From assembly GCF_036321535.1 (NCBI RefSeq), contig NC_087436.1, positions 34,722,001 through 34,786,000 of the forward strand: a stretch of 64,000 bases of DNA, written 5' to 3'. This DNA is from Camelus dromedarius. Taxonomy: Eukaryota. Below, one piece after another: positions 52,594 to 64,000 of the stretch. The stretch's first letter is position 1, and the number at the start of each line of letters is the position of its first letter. The notes beneath the pieces were generated by a model. It did no database searches. It was not told where the DNA came from and saw nothing but the letters and a program-made list of their open reading frames with translations. The position numbers and the translations under genes were made by a program.

Positions 52594-53697
52594 TTTTAAA
52601 TTAAAGCATAATTGAAATAGAACATAATATTAATTTCAGGTATACAACATAATGATTTGATGTTTGCATATGATGCAAAATGACCACCGCAATAAATCTA
52701 TTAACACCCATCATCATACGTAGCTATAGAATTTTTTTTCTTGAGATGAGAGCTTCTAAGATCTATCCTCTTAGCAACTTTCAAATATGCAGCACAGTAT
52801 TACTAACTGTAGTTGCCTTGCTGTACACTACATCCCCATTACTTATTTACTTTACAACTGAAAGAGTCTGTTTTATGACTCCACCCATTTTGCCCACCAC
52901 CCCACCACCACCACCTCTGGCAACTACCAGTCTGTTCTCTGCATCTGTGAGCCTGTGTATTTTCAAACTCCCCTTATAAGTGACTTCATATAGTATTTCT
53001 CTTTCACTGTTTGACTTATTTAACTTAGCATAATGCCTTCAAGGTCCATGCAAATGGCAAGATTTCATTCTTTTTTATGGACAGTTTAGGTTGTCCCATA
53101 TCTTGACTATTATAAATAATTCTGCAATAAACATGGGGGTGCATGTATCTTTTTAAGTTAGTGTTTCTCCTTTCTTCGGATAACAGCAAAATTCTTCGTA
53201 TGGAATTGATGGATCGTATGGTAGTTCTATTTTTACATTTTTCATCAACCTCCACACTGCTTTCCTAGTGGCTGCACCAATTTACATCCTCATTAACAGT
53301 GCACAAGGGTTCCCCTTTCTCCACATCCTCACCAGCTTTTGTTATCTCATCTCTTTGACAACAGCCATTCCAACAGGTGTGAGATGATATCTCAGTGGGG
53401 TTCTGATTTGCATTTTCCTGATTATTAGTGATATTGAGCATCTTTCCATGTACCTGTTGGCCATCTGTGTGTTTTCTTGGGAAAACTGTCTATTCAGGTC
53501 CTCTACCCATTTGTTAATTGGATTGTTTATTTTTAGTTACTGAGTTGTATGAGCTCTTTATATATATTGGATTTTAACCCCTGATCAGATATATGATTTG
53601 CCAATATATTCTCCCTTTCGGTAGGTTGTCTTTTCATTTTGTGGATGGTTTCCTTGGCTATGCAGAAACTTTGTAGTTTGATATAGTCCCACTTGTT
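52594..53697 (-). mobile_element. 5'-truncated L1 (3'UTR plus ORF2 C-terminal remnant)
   Basis: NKWDYIKLQSFCIAKETIHKMKRQPTERENILANHISDQGL and KKNEILPFA in minus-strand ORFs; typical L1MA-type 3' end. Confidence 0.92.
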
Positions 53698-53783
53698 TTC
53701 TCTTTTAACAGGTGAGTAGCAGGTGAAAGATGACTTTCCAATGTTATTAAGATAATCATACTTAGTAAAAAGGCTCAGAAAGG

Positions 53784-53808
53784 ACACACAGACACACACA
53801 GACACACA

Positions 53809-53844
<36 letters not shown>
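53784..53844. repeat. Compound (CACACAGA)n/(CA)n microsatellite
   Basis: Direct reading. Confidence 0.95.
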
Positions 53845-53847
<3 letters not shown>

Positions 53848-56800
53848 GAAGTAATTTAATAGTACCTGGGATTAAATTGTTTATTGTTTTTCATATAAGA
53901 AAAAGTTGGAGAACTGGTTCTGTGTATCCCATTAACCATGTTTACCATCAGAGCAGCTGGTAAGGTAATGCAGTGGTGACAGTAATTTCTATAATGCAAT
54001 GGTGACAGTAATTTCTAGAGGGATCATTAATGTTATTACTCAAACAATATAGTCAAATTATCCATCAAGTCTTAATTTTTCTAAAGAGCATGTTTGCAGA
54101 TAACTGTGAAAGTACACACACAAGCCCAGCGTGTGTGGGAATTCACGCACACAGACCCAGCCCGATCTTCTTTTTCTTTAAATACCTGACTTCACAAAAT
54201 TTACCAATAAACACAACTCTACAATGTAACACTCTCTTTCTAGTATTTAAATGTCCAAGTTTTTAATGCAGAAATCCATTTTCCTAAGGCAAGAACATAA
54301 TGTAAATTATAATTGTTTTTCAGCAGTTGAAAATATCATCAACTTTCCAAGATAATAAATATTTTCCAGCAGCGTAGCTCCTCTTTATCATGTAACACAT
54401 TTTTTTTAAGAGTTGCTTATGTTCCAAACCCTATTCTAAGTATTGCAGATATAATAACCCAGTTTCCATCACTATGGGATTTACAATATAAGGAGAAAAA
54501 CAAATATAAACAAAGGACTATTAAGTATACAGAGGACTAAGAAGAGCTCAATGCTAAGAGGGTAAAGACATAACCTATTCCAGGATCAAAAAAGAGAAAT
54601 GCACTGTTGTAACATATTTCCTTTAATCAAATGCTTGGGTATTCACATTGTTTCCAAAGTTTCACTGTTATTTAAAAAACTGACTCCCCTGTACATCCTG
54701 AAAGATGTATTCATATCATCAATTAAATATTCAATTATGAATATTTGCATAATTTTATGGTGAGTGATTTAGATAAATTCTTAGGAGTGGAACTGAGGAG
54801 GCAGAGCATATGCACCATTTCAAGGCTTCTCATTTGTGTTACATCTCCTCCGGGAAGGTTATAACCAAGTGACAGTTCGCAGGTCACCAACTGTGTTTGT
54901 GCTTGAGATATTCTCAGTCTCTTTCTGTCTTCCTCCTCCACTCTTTTGTCCCCATAATAGATGCCAGTTACCTATTAAGGAGTCATATTTAAAACACAAG
55001 AGAGAGAGTTTTGAGTTAATTAGTCCAGGGTTTATTCAGCTTGATTAAAAGAAGAATCATCTAGGAGAACTTGTGAAAACCCAAATTTCTGAGTTTAAAA
55101 AAAAAATCACAAGGAAGGCAAAAAAATAAGAGGAAACTCTTATTTTTAAAAAGTGCCAAGTTTTATAAAGCAGAAAAAGAAAAAAGCAAACTTATCCATG
55201 GAAATATCTGTTAAAATGCTTAAAGACCAGCAAGGCATGGACTGTGCGCTCCACTGCTATCAAAGGGACCAAGAATAATATTTATGTGCCGTCTTAAGCA
55301 TATCAGTGAAGCAAGTTTACTGTTGTGCAGAAATGTAGTTTCCTGGGTCTAATACTTAATGACTTTGCAAAACTATTGCTTCAAGGACTTGCACTGTCTA
55401 AACTTTCACAGTTTAATTTATCGGAGAGTTCAAAAAAAGCAGCTCCAACTAGTATCAGTATTTCCTTTACTTTATTTTACTTTCATTGACACAAATTAAT
55501 GGATGAGAGAGTATCAAATTTAAATCGGTGAAGCAGTTAATGGAGTTTTTTTTCTCACCATATGCATGTTTGAGCAGGAAGGAGCTGTGCTTTGCAAGGT
55601 GATTTGTATTCAACAGTTATGAAACATATCTCAGATTTCTACAATGCACCAGATCCCAGACTAAACTGAAAATAAGAAGTTGCATTTACCATTTCCTGCA
55701 ATAGGAAGTTCAACTATCTAACCTGGGAGCAGATATATTTAAGAAAATTATAAGATGATAATACACGGGAGTGGAAACAAATGCAAAATACTCTGGTAGT
55801 ACTGAAAGAGACTAGATCAAGAATGACCAAATGATTGCACTCAGAAAATTCTTCAAGATAAAGAGAAAGGGAGTTTAGTTTAAACATCTAAATACACAAT
55901 TTAAAAATATTAATTTGCAAATTTATTTTGTCTATTAACATATTTGATTAGCATTTTAAAGAAAAATCATAAAGCCAAGGTTGCTATCTCCCTTGTGCAG
56001 ACAAATGGCTCTCCGTCAGAGACACAGTATCTCTTAGAGACATTTTGTTCTGACTGATCAGCAATCATTCAGCTACTTGTTTAGCAAAGCTCGTTGGCAG
56101 TGTAATGGAAATAGCACCAGAATGAACAGTATATGGGCAGGATATAATTTAATGCTTGTAGATATATATTGGCATGCTCACTGCAGTTTTAAAATGTGTG
56201 TAATTGAGTATCTTTAATGCAGTTAGACATGATCTTCTGTCCTCAGCGTAGAACTTCCCTTAGCTTGTAAATCTCTCATGCAGCAGTGCTACCTAAATCA
56301 GCGCATTAGCCTAAACAACTCTTGCAGTTCATCAATGAAATTATACTCTTAGTTGGCACATAACATAGTTAGAACTTGTCTATCATATTAACCCAGGACA
56401 TGAAATAAAAGGTTATATAAAACACATTGTTCTTTCTACCACATAATAAATCCTTGTTTACAGAGTGCATCTGAAGAGCGGTTTGGCAGGATCAGTGAAA
56501 TAATTACATTTAAAGGAATAGATTCTTAATTAAAATATGATTCTCTACATTCATCCAAGTTTTCAAATATTTTAACATTTCTGTCATAGGCTCCCAAACA
56601 GCTAATTTTTGCCTTTCTTTTAAGATTACTCTACACAGTTCCAAGTAGCCTTTATCAGTCACTACTTCAGGAAACTTTCAGAATAACATTCCAAGATCTA
56701 ATTCCCAAAAAACAGTGCATTTCAGTGTATTTCAAAGATAAATTTGTGAAGAAACAAGCACACTTTAGAATGGGTAAGTGTTCTTCTGTTTGTACAACTC

Positions 56801-59789
56801 CCAATGTGCTGGCTAATCTTGTTTTAACAGGGACCAATAATGGTGCTCACTGTTTCCCCTCAGAAACTAGACCTGGTCTATACCACCATCCAAACTAAAT
56901 GGTTTTGTAAATAGACAGTGGGTTGGAAATAATATAAACGATTTAAGCCAGAGGATTTGGGGGTTCCGTGTAAATATTTGACTGCAAGAATATTCCAAAT
57001 GAAGCAAACGCTTGGGCAGCCCTCCACTTTGTTGGAACTAAATCTGGCAACGGTTGCCTTTGTACTGGCAAATGGAGTCTAGTAAAATGGGACTAGACTC
57101 CTCCAAAGACTTGTACAGAAGCCTATCACTGCTAGGAACATATGACCAAACACGGATTTTTGAAAATGCTTACATCACTGTAATGACACAAAAGTTTTTA
57201 TAAACATTTTCAATAGAAAGCCACTGAAAACCCATGAGAATTCCGAGCTGATAGGAGGTTTAGAGGAGAAAGAGGTGGGGCAGGAAGAGGTGGTGGAACT
57301 CTGGGACATGGGCAGATAACTAATAAACATTTTCATGGGCCCGTTGCCAAATTATTTGGGAATTATTACCGCACTAACAAAATCTGTTGGAAAATTTTGG
57401 CATGAAATTTACATTTGTTTCTAAATTCTGTGGTTGAGCTGGCAGGGAAAGATTTAACTAAGAAATTGATTTACCAAACATTCATTTTATTTGTAAGCTA
57501 CTTGAGCAGCAATGTTCAAAGTAGGGATTCAGAAATTTTCATAATACGTAACCTAAACACTTGAATTCAAGGAAACAATGAAACTTTTCCCGTATTACAT
57601 TTATCTCATCAAATTTCTATTATCATTAATCAAAGGATTAACCTTCATTTCAAATGGCTGAAGGATTCAGTGCACGTCTGAAATGTGCCTTCTCCATTTT
57701 TGAAGGTCGTGTTATTATCCAGTTCAGCAGTTGCTCCGTTTTCCCGTCCAGATTATCGCATCTATTAAGAGAAAACGAAAATGCAAGGGATGGAGACTGC
57801 ACCACTCACAAGGATTAAGATAACTCTCCAAAGATTGGAAATTTCTCTTTGAGATCAAAAATCACTCCTTGAAAATAAAATTTTCCTTCAGTTTTACTCT
57901 CTGCCCCTCTAATGCTCACTGTACTTGCCTTCTTCTTTTGACCTGTACTAACACTGGGTGATTTGGCATTTTCTGCCATCTATAGATGTGCCCCCTACTT
58001 TACTAGGCATCAAAAGGAAAATTAAGGAAAAGACACTTAATTGTAAAAAAGAATAAGCTAAGTGCATAAGAAAGTACTAAATGCTGCAGAAGTACCCAAG
58101 AAGAGATTGTATACAATTTGTCTAGGAATTGGACTAAGAAAACTTTGTGGATGAAATGAGACTTCAATTGGCTTTAGAGAGAGAGAGTCCCCCAAATGAG
58201 AGAGAGAATGGTTTAAAATACAAAAAGAAGAATCATATCACTGTCTAGTTGAACATCCTCCCCATCACCTTCAGAGTCCCATGCAGACATGGAGACGCAG
58301 ATGGCGAGGTCCAGCATCGGGCAGACCCTGCCGGCCTCTCAGTTTTTTCATCTCACAGATTCACTGTGACGTCTGCGCCCTTGTCCTGCACAGACTGACC
58401 TACAACCCCCTGTGGAAGGTAAGCACTTTTGACTTCAAACCATTGATTTCCAGCTTCTACTGCTCAGAACAGACTAGAGTCCTCTTCTTTCTAGTAAGTT
58501 TTCCCTCTCCACCACTTTGCCTGGTCAACTGCTGCTCACACGCACAAAACCCATCTTAAACCTCAATTCCTCTGGGAATCCCTCGTCAGTCATTTTATGT
58601 ATTTACAGATTCTAGCCTGTGCATGTGCTCATTTCGTGCCTCATTATCATCATGGGTCCAAAGGTGCCCTCTTGTTGTAGGAATTTATTTATTACTTTTT
58701 AGCTGCTCATCCACTCCTGTCCCTCCCTCTGCCACATGCAACACTGCAATTATTCATTGTTTAATGAGAATGAGTTTATCTGTATATGTTTCCAAACTCT
58801 ATAGCTTGAACACATGCATTTTCAAATGTATGTAAATGTGCTGTTTTAAAGTTCTCTTTGAAAAAAAAATAAAGTTCTCTTTGTTTCTTACTTTTCACTA
58901 AATACTTTGTATTTAAGATCTAACTACATTGCTCTTACTCTGAGTAATCCTTGTATCTGATTGTTGTATATATTCCGTGATGTGTCCACTCTCCCAATGT
59001 TGGTCATTTGGGTTGCCTGGATGAATCTTTCATCACATATGCATGCACACACACACACACTCTCTCTCATTCACACTCATTCTCACATATACACACTTGC
59101 ATACACTCACACCCACAGGAATACTCACACACAGGCACCTCACACATGCATGAATGTTGCGATGACAATGCCCCATTATGAACATGTAAGAACTTCTTTG
59201 GTACATGGACCCTGAAGAAGAACTCCTGAGTTATGAGCTGTGTTTATGCTTAATATTTCCAAATAGTGCCAGGCTGTTGGCCAGAACGGCTGAGGGTTTC
59301 CATACCCACACCTTTCTGCCAGCACTGGGCATTACTCAGCTTTCTAATGGGCCCAGTCAAGTAACATATGAGAAACCTTTGCTGAAACAGCTCCTCACCA
59401 CTTAGACTGAATTGTCTCTCTTTTTTTGTCCGCTAGTCTGTACTAACCTATAAAATTAGTGGCCGTTAAAACCCAAAGACCCAAAAACATTTTGAAGAAT
59501 AAAGATTTTAAGAAAAAACAGCTAAGAATGAAACAAAGTAAATTATTACCCCAATGCAGGAAACTAGGAATTGGCTCGGATGACAGAGATGTGACCCAAT
59601 GTCAATACACGTTCATTTCCACACGTCAGAAGGCAACCTATTCACAACTCGTGTATAGAATCATTATACATTTCTTACACATTTCATATTTTCAGTGATA
59701 GTAATATTCAACGCCTTAAGTTCCTTTAGGTATCTCACGAATTCTAATAACTCCCTGAAATATAGAGTTATCCTTTTCATAATATCATA

Positions 59790-59995
59790 AACCGGCGACA
59801 GAGGTCAAGGGGAGCAGCTAGGAATCTGTCCTTTCCTCAGGCAGCCACGCCTCCCAGCAGGGGGTTTCAGCCTCGGTGCTCCGTCTGGCTCAGCAGGTGC
59901 CAGACGCCTGCTCTGGTTCTCCGGGTGTCTGGGCGCAGGGGCCGGACGTCAGTGCAGCCCTCTAACGAACGTCTGTCTGGGCTGCCCGAGGAAGT
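59790..59995. promoter_or_regulatory. GC/CpG-rich patch, possible enhancer or CTCF site
   Basis: About a dozen CpGs in 200 bp; CCAGCAGGGGG at 59854-59864; GGACGTCA (CRE-like) at 59944-59951. Confidence 0.3.
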
Positions 59996-60624
59996 CTTTG
60001 TCTGCTTTGTTCTGACCTTTTCAAAGTCTTCCTTAATTCACATATTCAAAAAGTATTCTTTGAAGTAGTTTGTAATAAATAATTTCATCTATTTGTCACT
60101 GATTTACATCTTGTTCATTCCTAAAGGAATTTTAAGTGGCAAGGAGTTGTTCACTTTATTTCAATGACATGGCTAATTTTATGTCCTTATGCTATGAACC
60201 GGACTTTTTGTTTCCACTGCAGCTTTTTGTTCCTTCTCGGAGAAGAGGTCACATGCATTTCTACGTGGATCACAATGGCTCACAGCGAGGCAGCCGGTCA
60301 CATCCTTGGGGGTTGCCCTTATGTTACACATACAGGTCAGCTTTCCTTAAAGATGTTTGATTTTATCCTTTATAGAGCTATATTTAACTTTTCTTATATT
60401 CCAGCCCTCTGTAGCAGAGAATTTCTAAATCTATGAAGCTTAATTAGAAAGAAACCAGGGACACATATGGCAGACAGACTTAAAAATCAGAAGCTTTGGA
60501 TTTGAACTATTCTCCCATGAACTCCACTCAATGATTAGGAGCACTTAATAAAGATTTTCAATCCTTTGCCTGTAATTTATAGTAACACATTTGTATTTTA
60601 ATATGAATGTCCATTATTATGTAT

Positions 60625-60860
60625 TGAACAAACATCTTTCAGAGCACTAACAACATGTGGGCTACTGTTCTGAGTACTTTACATAAATAAAGCCTCGGAT
60701 CTTCAGTGAACACTGTTAAGCAGGCAGTAGTATTATCTCCACTTTACAAGTGAAGAAATGAGGTCCAGAGAGGGTAAGTAACTTGTTCAAGTCCACAAAG
60801 CTTGTCAGCACCAAAGCCAGGATTCTAACGTTGGCAGTCTAGCTACACAGTCAATGATCC
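60625..60860 (-). mobile_element. MIR SINE
   Basis: gagcactaac..tgtgggctactgttctgagtactttaca...ccactttacaagtgaagaaatgagg..cagagagggtaagtaacttgttcaag. Confidence 0.85.
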
Positions 60861-62235
60861 CGAAACGTTTCTAATGAAAGGTCCCAAAACACAACATGAT
60901 CTTAATAGTTTTCAGGCAAATCACACAGGACTATAATTATTGTGTATGTAACCGGAAAAGCTTATTCTGTGAACGATAAGAGAGATACTATTTCATAAAA
61001 TCCAGATCACAGGCTGTGGCTTTCTTCACTTTCCTAATTAGGAAGCTTTATTCCAACCATCCCCCAGAAGCGCTCCGTGGATTGTTGTGCTGCAGGACAA
61101 ATGGGACCAACCGCCTTACTTCTCATTTCCCTGCCTGTTTTCTTGTCACCCAGTCTCTTTGAACCAAAAGTATCACAACATAACAACAAGATATCATATC
61201 ATAAATTAAAAGCATATCTTTAAATTTCATCAAAAGGAAAATTGACCCATATTTATCAACAATGGTACCAAAGCTTATCATTCAATTACTTGATATAGAA
61301 ACCTAAAATTCACCTTTCTACCATCAATATGTTATGTTTTACTTTAAAAGACAATTGCATATCATTTACACTTTTTAAGTTAAAAAGGACATGCCAATAA
61401 AACTTCATGAAACTCTCAGCATGCACTTATAACCAGCCTAGAGCTTGGAAATGCTCACATAAATAAGGCAATACCTAGCATCAGAAAATACATATGCAGA
61501 AAACAGAAAAATCAAAATCTGCTGTAGTTGCAACAAACAAGGTAGACCAAGGTTTTCTGTTGTTAAGAGTTTCCTGTATTGAAAGCATCAGATGCAGTGC
61601 TTAATTTACTTTTTAAGCAGTAAAATAACCATAAGAACTTATTTGAATTAAAGATGCTTACACATTAAGACTTTCTTTTAGGTCTCACATAAATGAAAAT
61701 GAAAGGACTTGTAGATGTAGACTGGTTTCCAAGGTCAGATTAAAGTCATTTTGGAAAACTACTTCACAGACCAAGTTAACACATTTGGACAATTAACTCA
61801 GATGAAAATTTTATGGGACATCATCCACTTTGAAGCCTAGAAACCTTGTTGGAAACAATGCATTTTCTGGATATTTCTGATAGGTTTATGCTTTGATTTG
61901 GGGCCTATTTGAACTCCCATATTATTCTTCAGTGTAACAGCATCTCTGAAACAAATCATGCGGTGATGTCATGGTAAGAACTAGAAAAGCTTTCCAAACA
62001 GAGATAACAAACATGTTATTCTGCTGAAACATACATTCACAGGTACAGAGGCCATCCAAATGGGGGAAGATCTTTATTAACCTTGTGACCTCGGCCTGCA
62101 ATGCCCACAGCTGCTCATTACTCATTCTCCAAGTCCAGCCTTACCATCCCTTTGAAAAGGCTTTCCCCAATCTCCCAATCTAAAGCAGGCCCCTTATGAT
62201 CTTTCAGATAAATCTACGCTTTCCTTGTAGAGTAC

Positions 62236-62606
62236 TGTCTCAGTTAGCTCAGGCTGCCATAACAAAACGCCACAGCCTAGAAGCTTCAACAACAGAAATG
62301 TGTTTTCTCAGTCTTGGAGCCTGAAAGTCTGAACTCAGAGTGCTGGTATGATCTAGTTCTGGTGAGAACTCCATTCCTGGCTCACAGATGGCTTTCTCAC
62401 GGTGTCCTCCCATGTATGACAGAGAAGAGATGTCCCATGTCTCTTTCTCTTCTTAGAAGGGCACCACTTCCATCAGATCAGGGCTCCACCCTTATGACCT
62501 CATTTAACCTTGGTCACCTCCTCAAAAGCCCTATCTCCAGTATAGTCATGGGGGTTAGGGCTTCAATGTAAGTATTGGGGTAGGGGGCATAATTTAGTCC
62601 AAAGCA
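62236..62606 (-). mobile_element. MaLR solo LTR, MLT1A-like
   Basis: tgtctcagttagctcaggctgccataacaaaac...gggcttcaatg...aatttagtccaaagca; TSD agtac/agtat. Confidence 0.88.
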
Positions 62607-64000
62607 AGTATCTACTACAATGTTTCACTACTTAGTAACTTTCTTACTTATTTAATGGCTTTGCCTCCCCCCAACTCAATTATAAGCTCTAAGGACCAGA
62701 GATGCATTTGCCTTGGGCACCACTGAATGTCCAGCACTCAGTGTAGTACCAAGAAACTTGGGCCATGTGTCTTTCTCCAAACTCAACAATCTGATTAGTG
62801 ATCCCAATTCACCTAGAGCAAAGAGAACAAGACAGTGGCAAGAGGCCAGGAGTGTCATAATGGAAGAAAGCCTTAAAAGTGGGAAATAATAATTCCACCA
62901 CTAACACCTCATACAAATTTATGAGCATAAATCCTTTAAGCTAGTGTCATAATTCATAGAGTTTTGGTAAAGATGACCACAATCACTGCCCAACTTTGTA
63001 AAGTTCTTTGCAGTTAAAAATTTCTTTATACTGACTTCCTTATTTAATTCTAACAATAGACTATTGTCCTCATATTTTAGTTCAATAGGAAGAGTAAAAT
63101 TGAAGTAACAAATTTAGTTTATAAGATGTGGTAATACTGAGGATGAAATTCATGTCTGTTAAGCTCAGTACTTCCACCATTATGTCTGGATGTCTCAGAA
63201 TCTGACACACATATTCCCCTCGGCATAGGTGATGCAGGCTGTCTAGGATAAATTTGAGAAAAGTAACCTTGACTTTATTGGTGGAACTCAATAAGAGTTG
63301 ACTACAGAATTTCAAAATCAATTAGATTGAAATTTTAGAATAGAATGGAGAGAAATGGCCACTACAGTGTTTTGTTAAACCAGTACGGTGTATAACCAAT
63401 GCCACAAATCTCTCTCTTAAGATGCTGCTTAAGATATTTCTTTGTTCTGATGCTAAACAGTCCAAGAAAATTAAAGGGTTCATTTTTCTTGAGATATTAA
63501 CTTAATCAGTGTGGTTAATTTTCCATGTTCCACTTCATGAGAATCATTTTGAGATTTTTAAAACATGAGTTTTTGTCCTTTGAGCAAGGATAAATTTAAT
63601 CAGCTACTGTTTCTTTGTGTGTACCTCAGAACATCTCCCACATGAAAAAAGATTTAAGTTGGCCATTAATAAGGATAATATTATAAAATAATCCCCCAAA
63701 AGTACTTCTATGAGTTATCAATTGACATTATTTTGCACTCTATTGTTTTAAAAGTTTTAAATGGGGAAGATTCATGTTTGCATAGAGATATACAGAGAAT
63801 ATGTCTTGAAGCTACTGAAAAGAATCCTTTCCATCAACAGATGAATTTCAGAAATTTCTGTGTGAAGACGCAGATCATAACCACATTGCTTTTTTCTTTC
63901 AAGGTTTAACCAGAGTGTGTTGTACCAGGTGCTATGCTGAGTGCTGGACGTTCAGTGGTGCCCAAGGCAAACGGGTTCCTGACCCTGACAGCTTATCATT

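Noticed and set aside
53966..54017. 26-bp tandem duplication (a similar ~20-bp one at 41654-41693)
   Set aside because: Ordinary slippage-type micro-duplications with no functional sign
57074..57101. Perfect 10-bp inverted repeat GGAGTCTAGT-N8-ACTAGACTCC
   Set aside because: About one such stem is expected by chance in a window this size; too short for a pre-miRNA

Overview
AT-rich mammalian genomic DNA, very probably camelid (alpaca/llama/camel). It carries four copies of a tRNA-derived SINE matching the camelid Vic-1 type and cetartiodactyl-type L1 3' ends; I saw no Alu, B1/B2 or BovB/Bov-tA. No complete gene lies in the window. The ORF track is essentially noise, apart from decayed L1 ORF2 (31.2-32.7 kb, 53.0-53.7 kb) and Tigger7 transposase remnants (7.3-7.5 kb). 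The rest is a mosaic of MaLR/ERV solo LTRs, DNA transposons (MER44, Tigger1, MER102), L1/L2/MIR fragments, microsatellites and long repeat-poor stretches, as expected inside a very large intron. Best biological signal: several short minus-strand ATG-to-splice-donor segments (18821-18918, 37717-37802, weaker 26256-26269 and 30559-30569) that all end in intron phase 2. The best one sits in a CpG-retaining patch. They look like alternative first exons of one unidentified large gene whose common exons would lie left of the window. Best mobile-DNA signals: a ~180-bp LTR-like sequence retroposed like a SINE (A-tail, long TSD) at 52.4-52.6 kb, and an L1 with an internal inversion plus deletion. I found no convincing wholly new biological system. 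Repeat family names are from recalled consensus sequences, not a database search, and repeat boundaries are approximate unless a TSD or TIR is cited.
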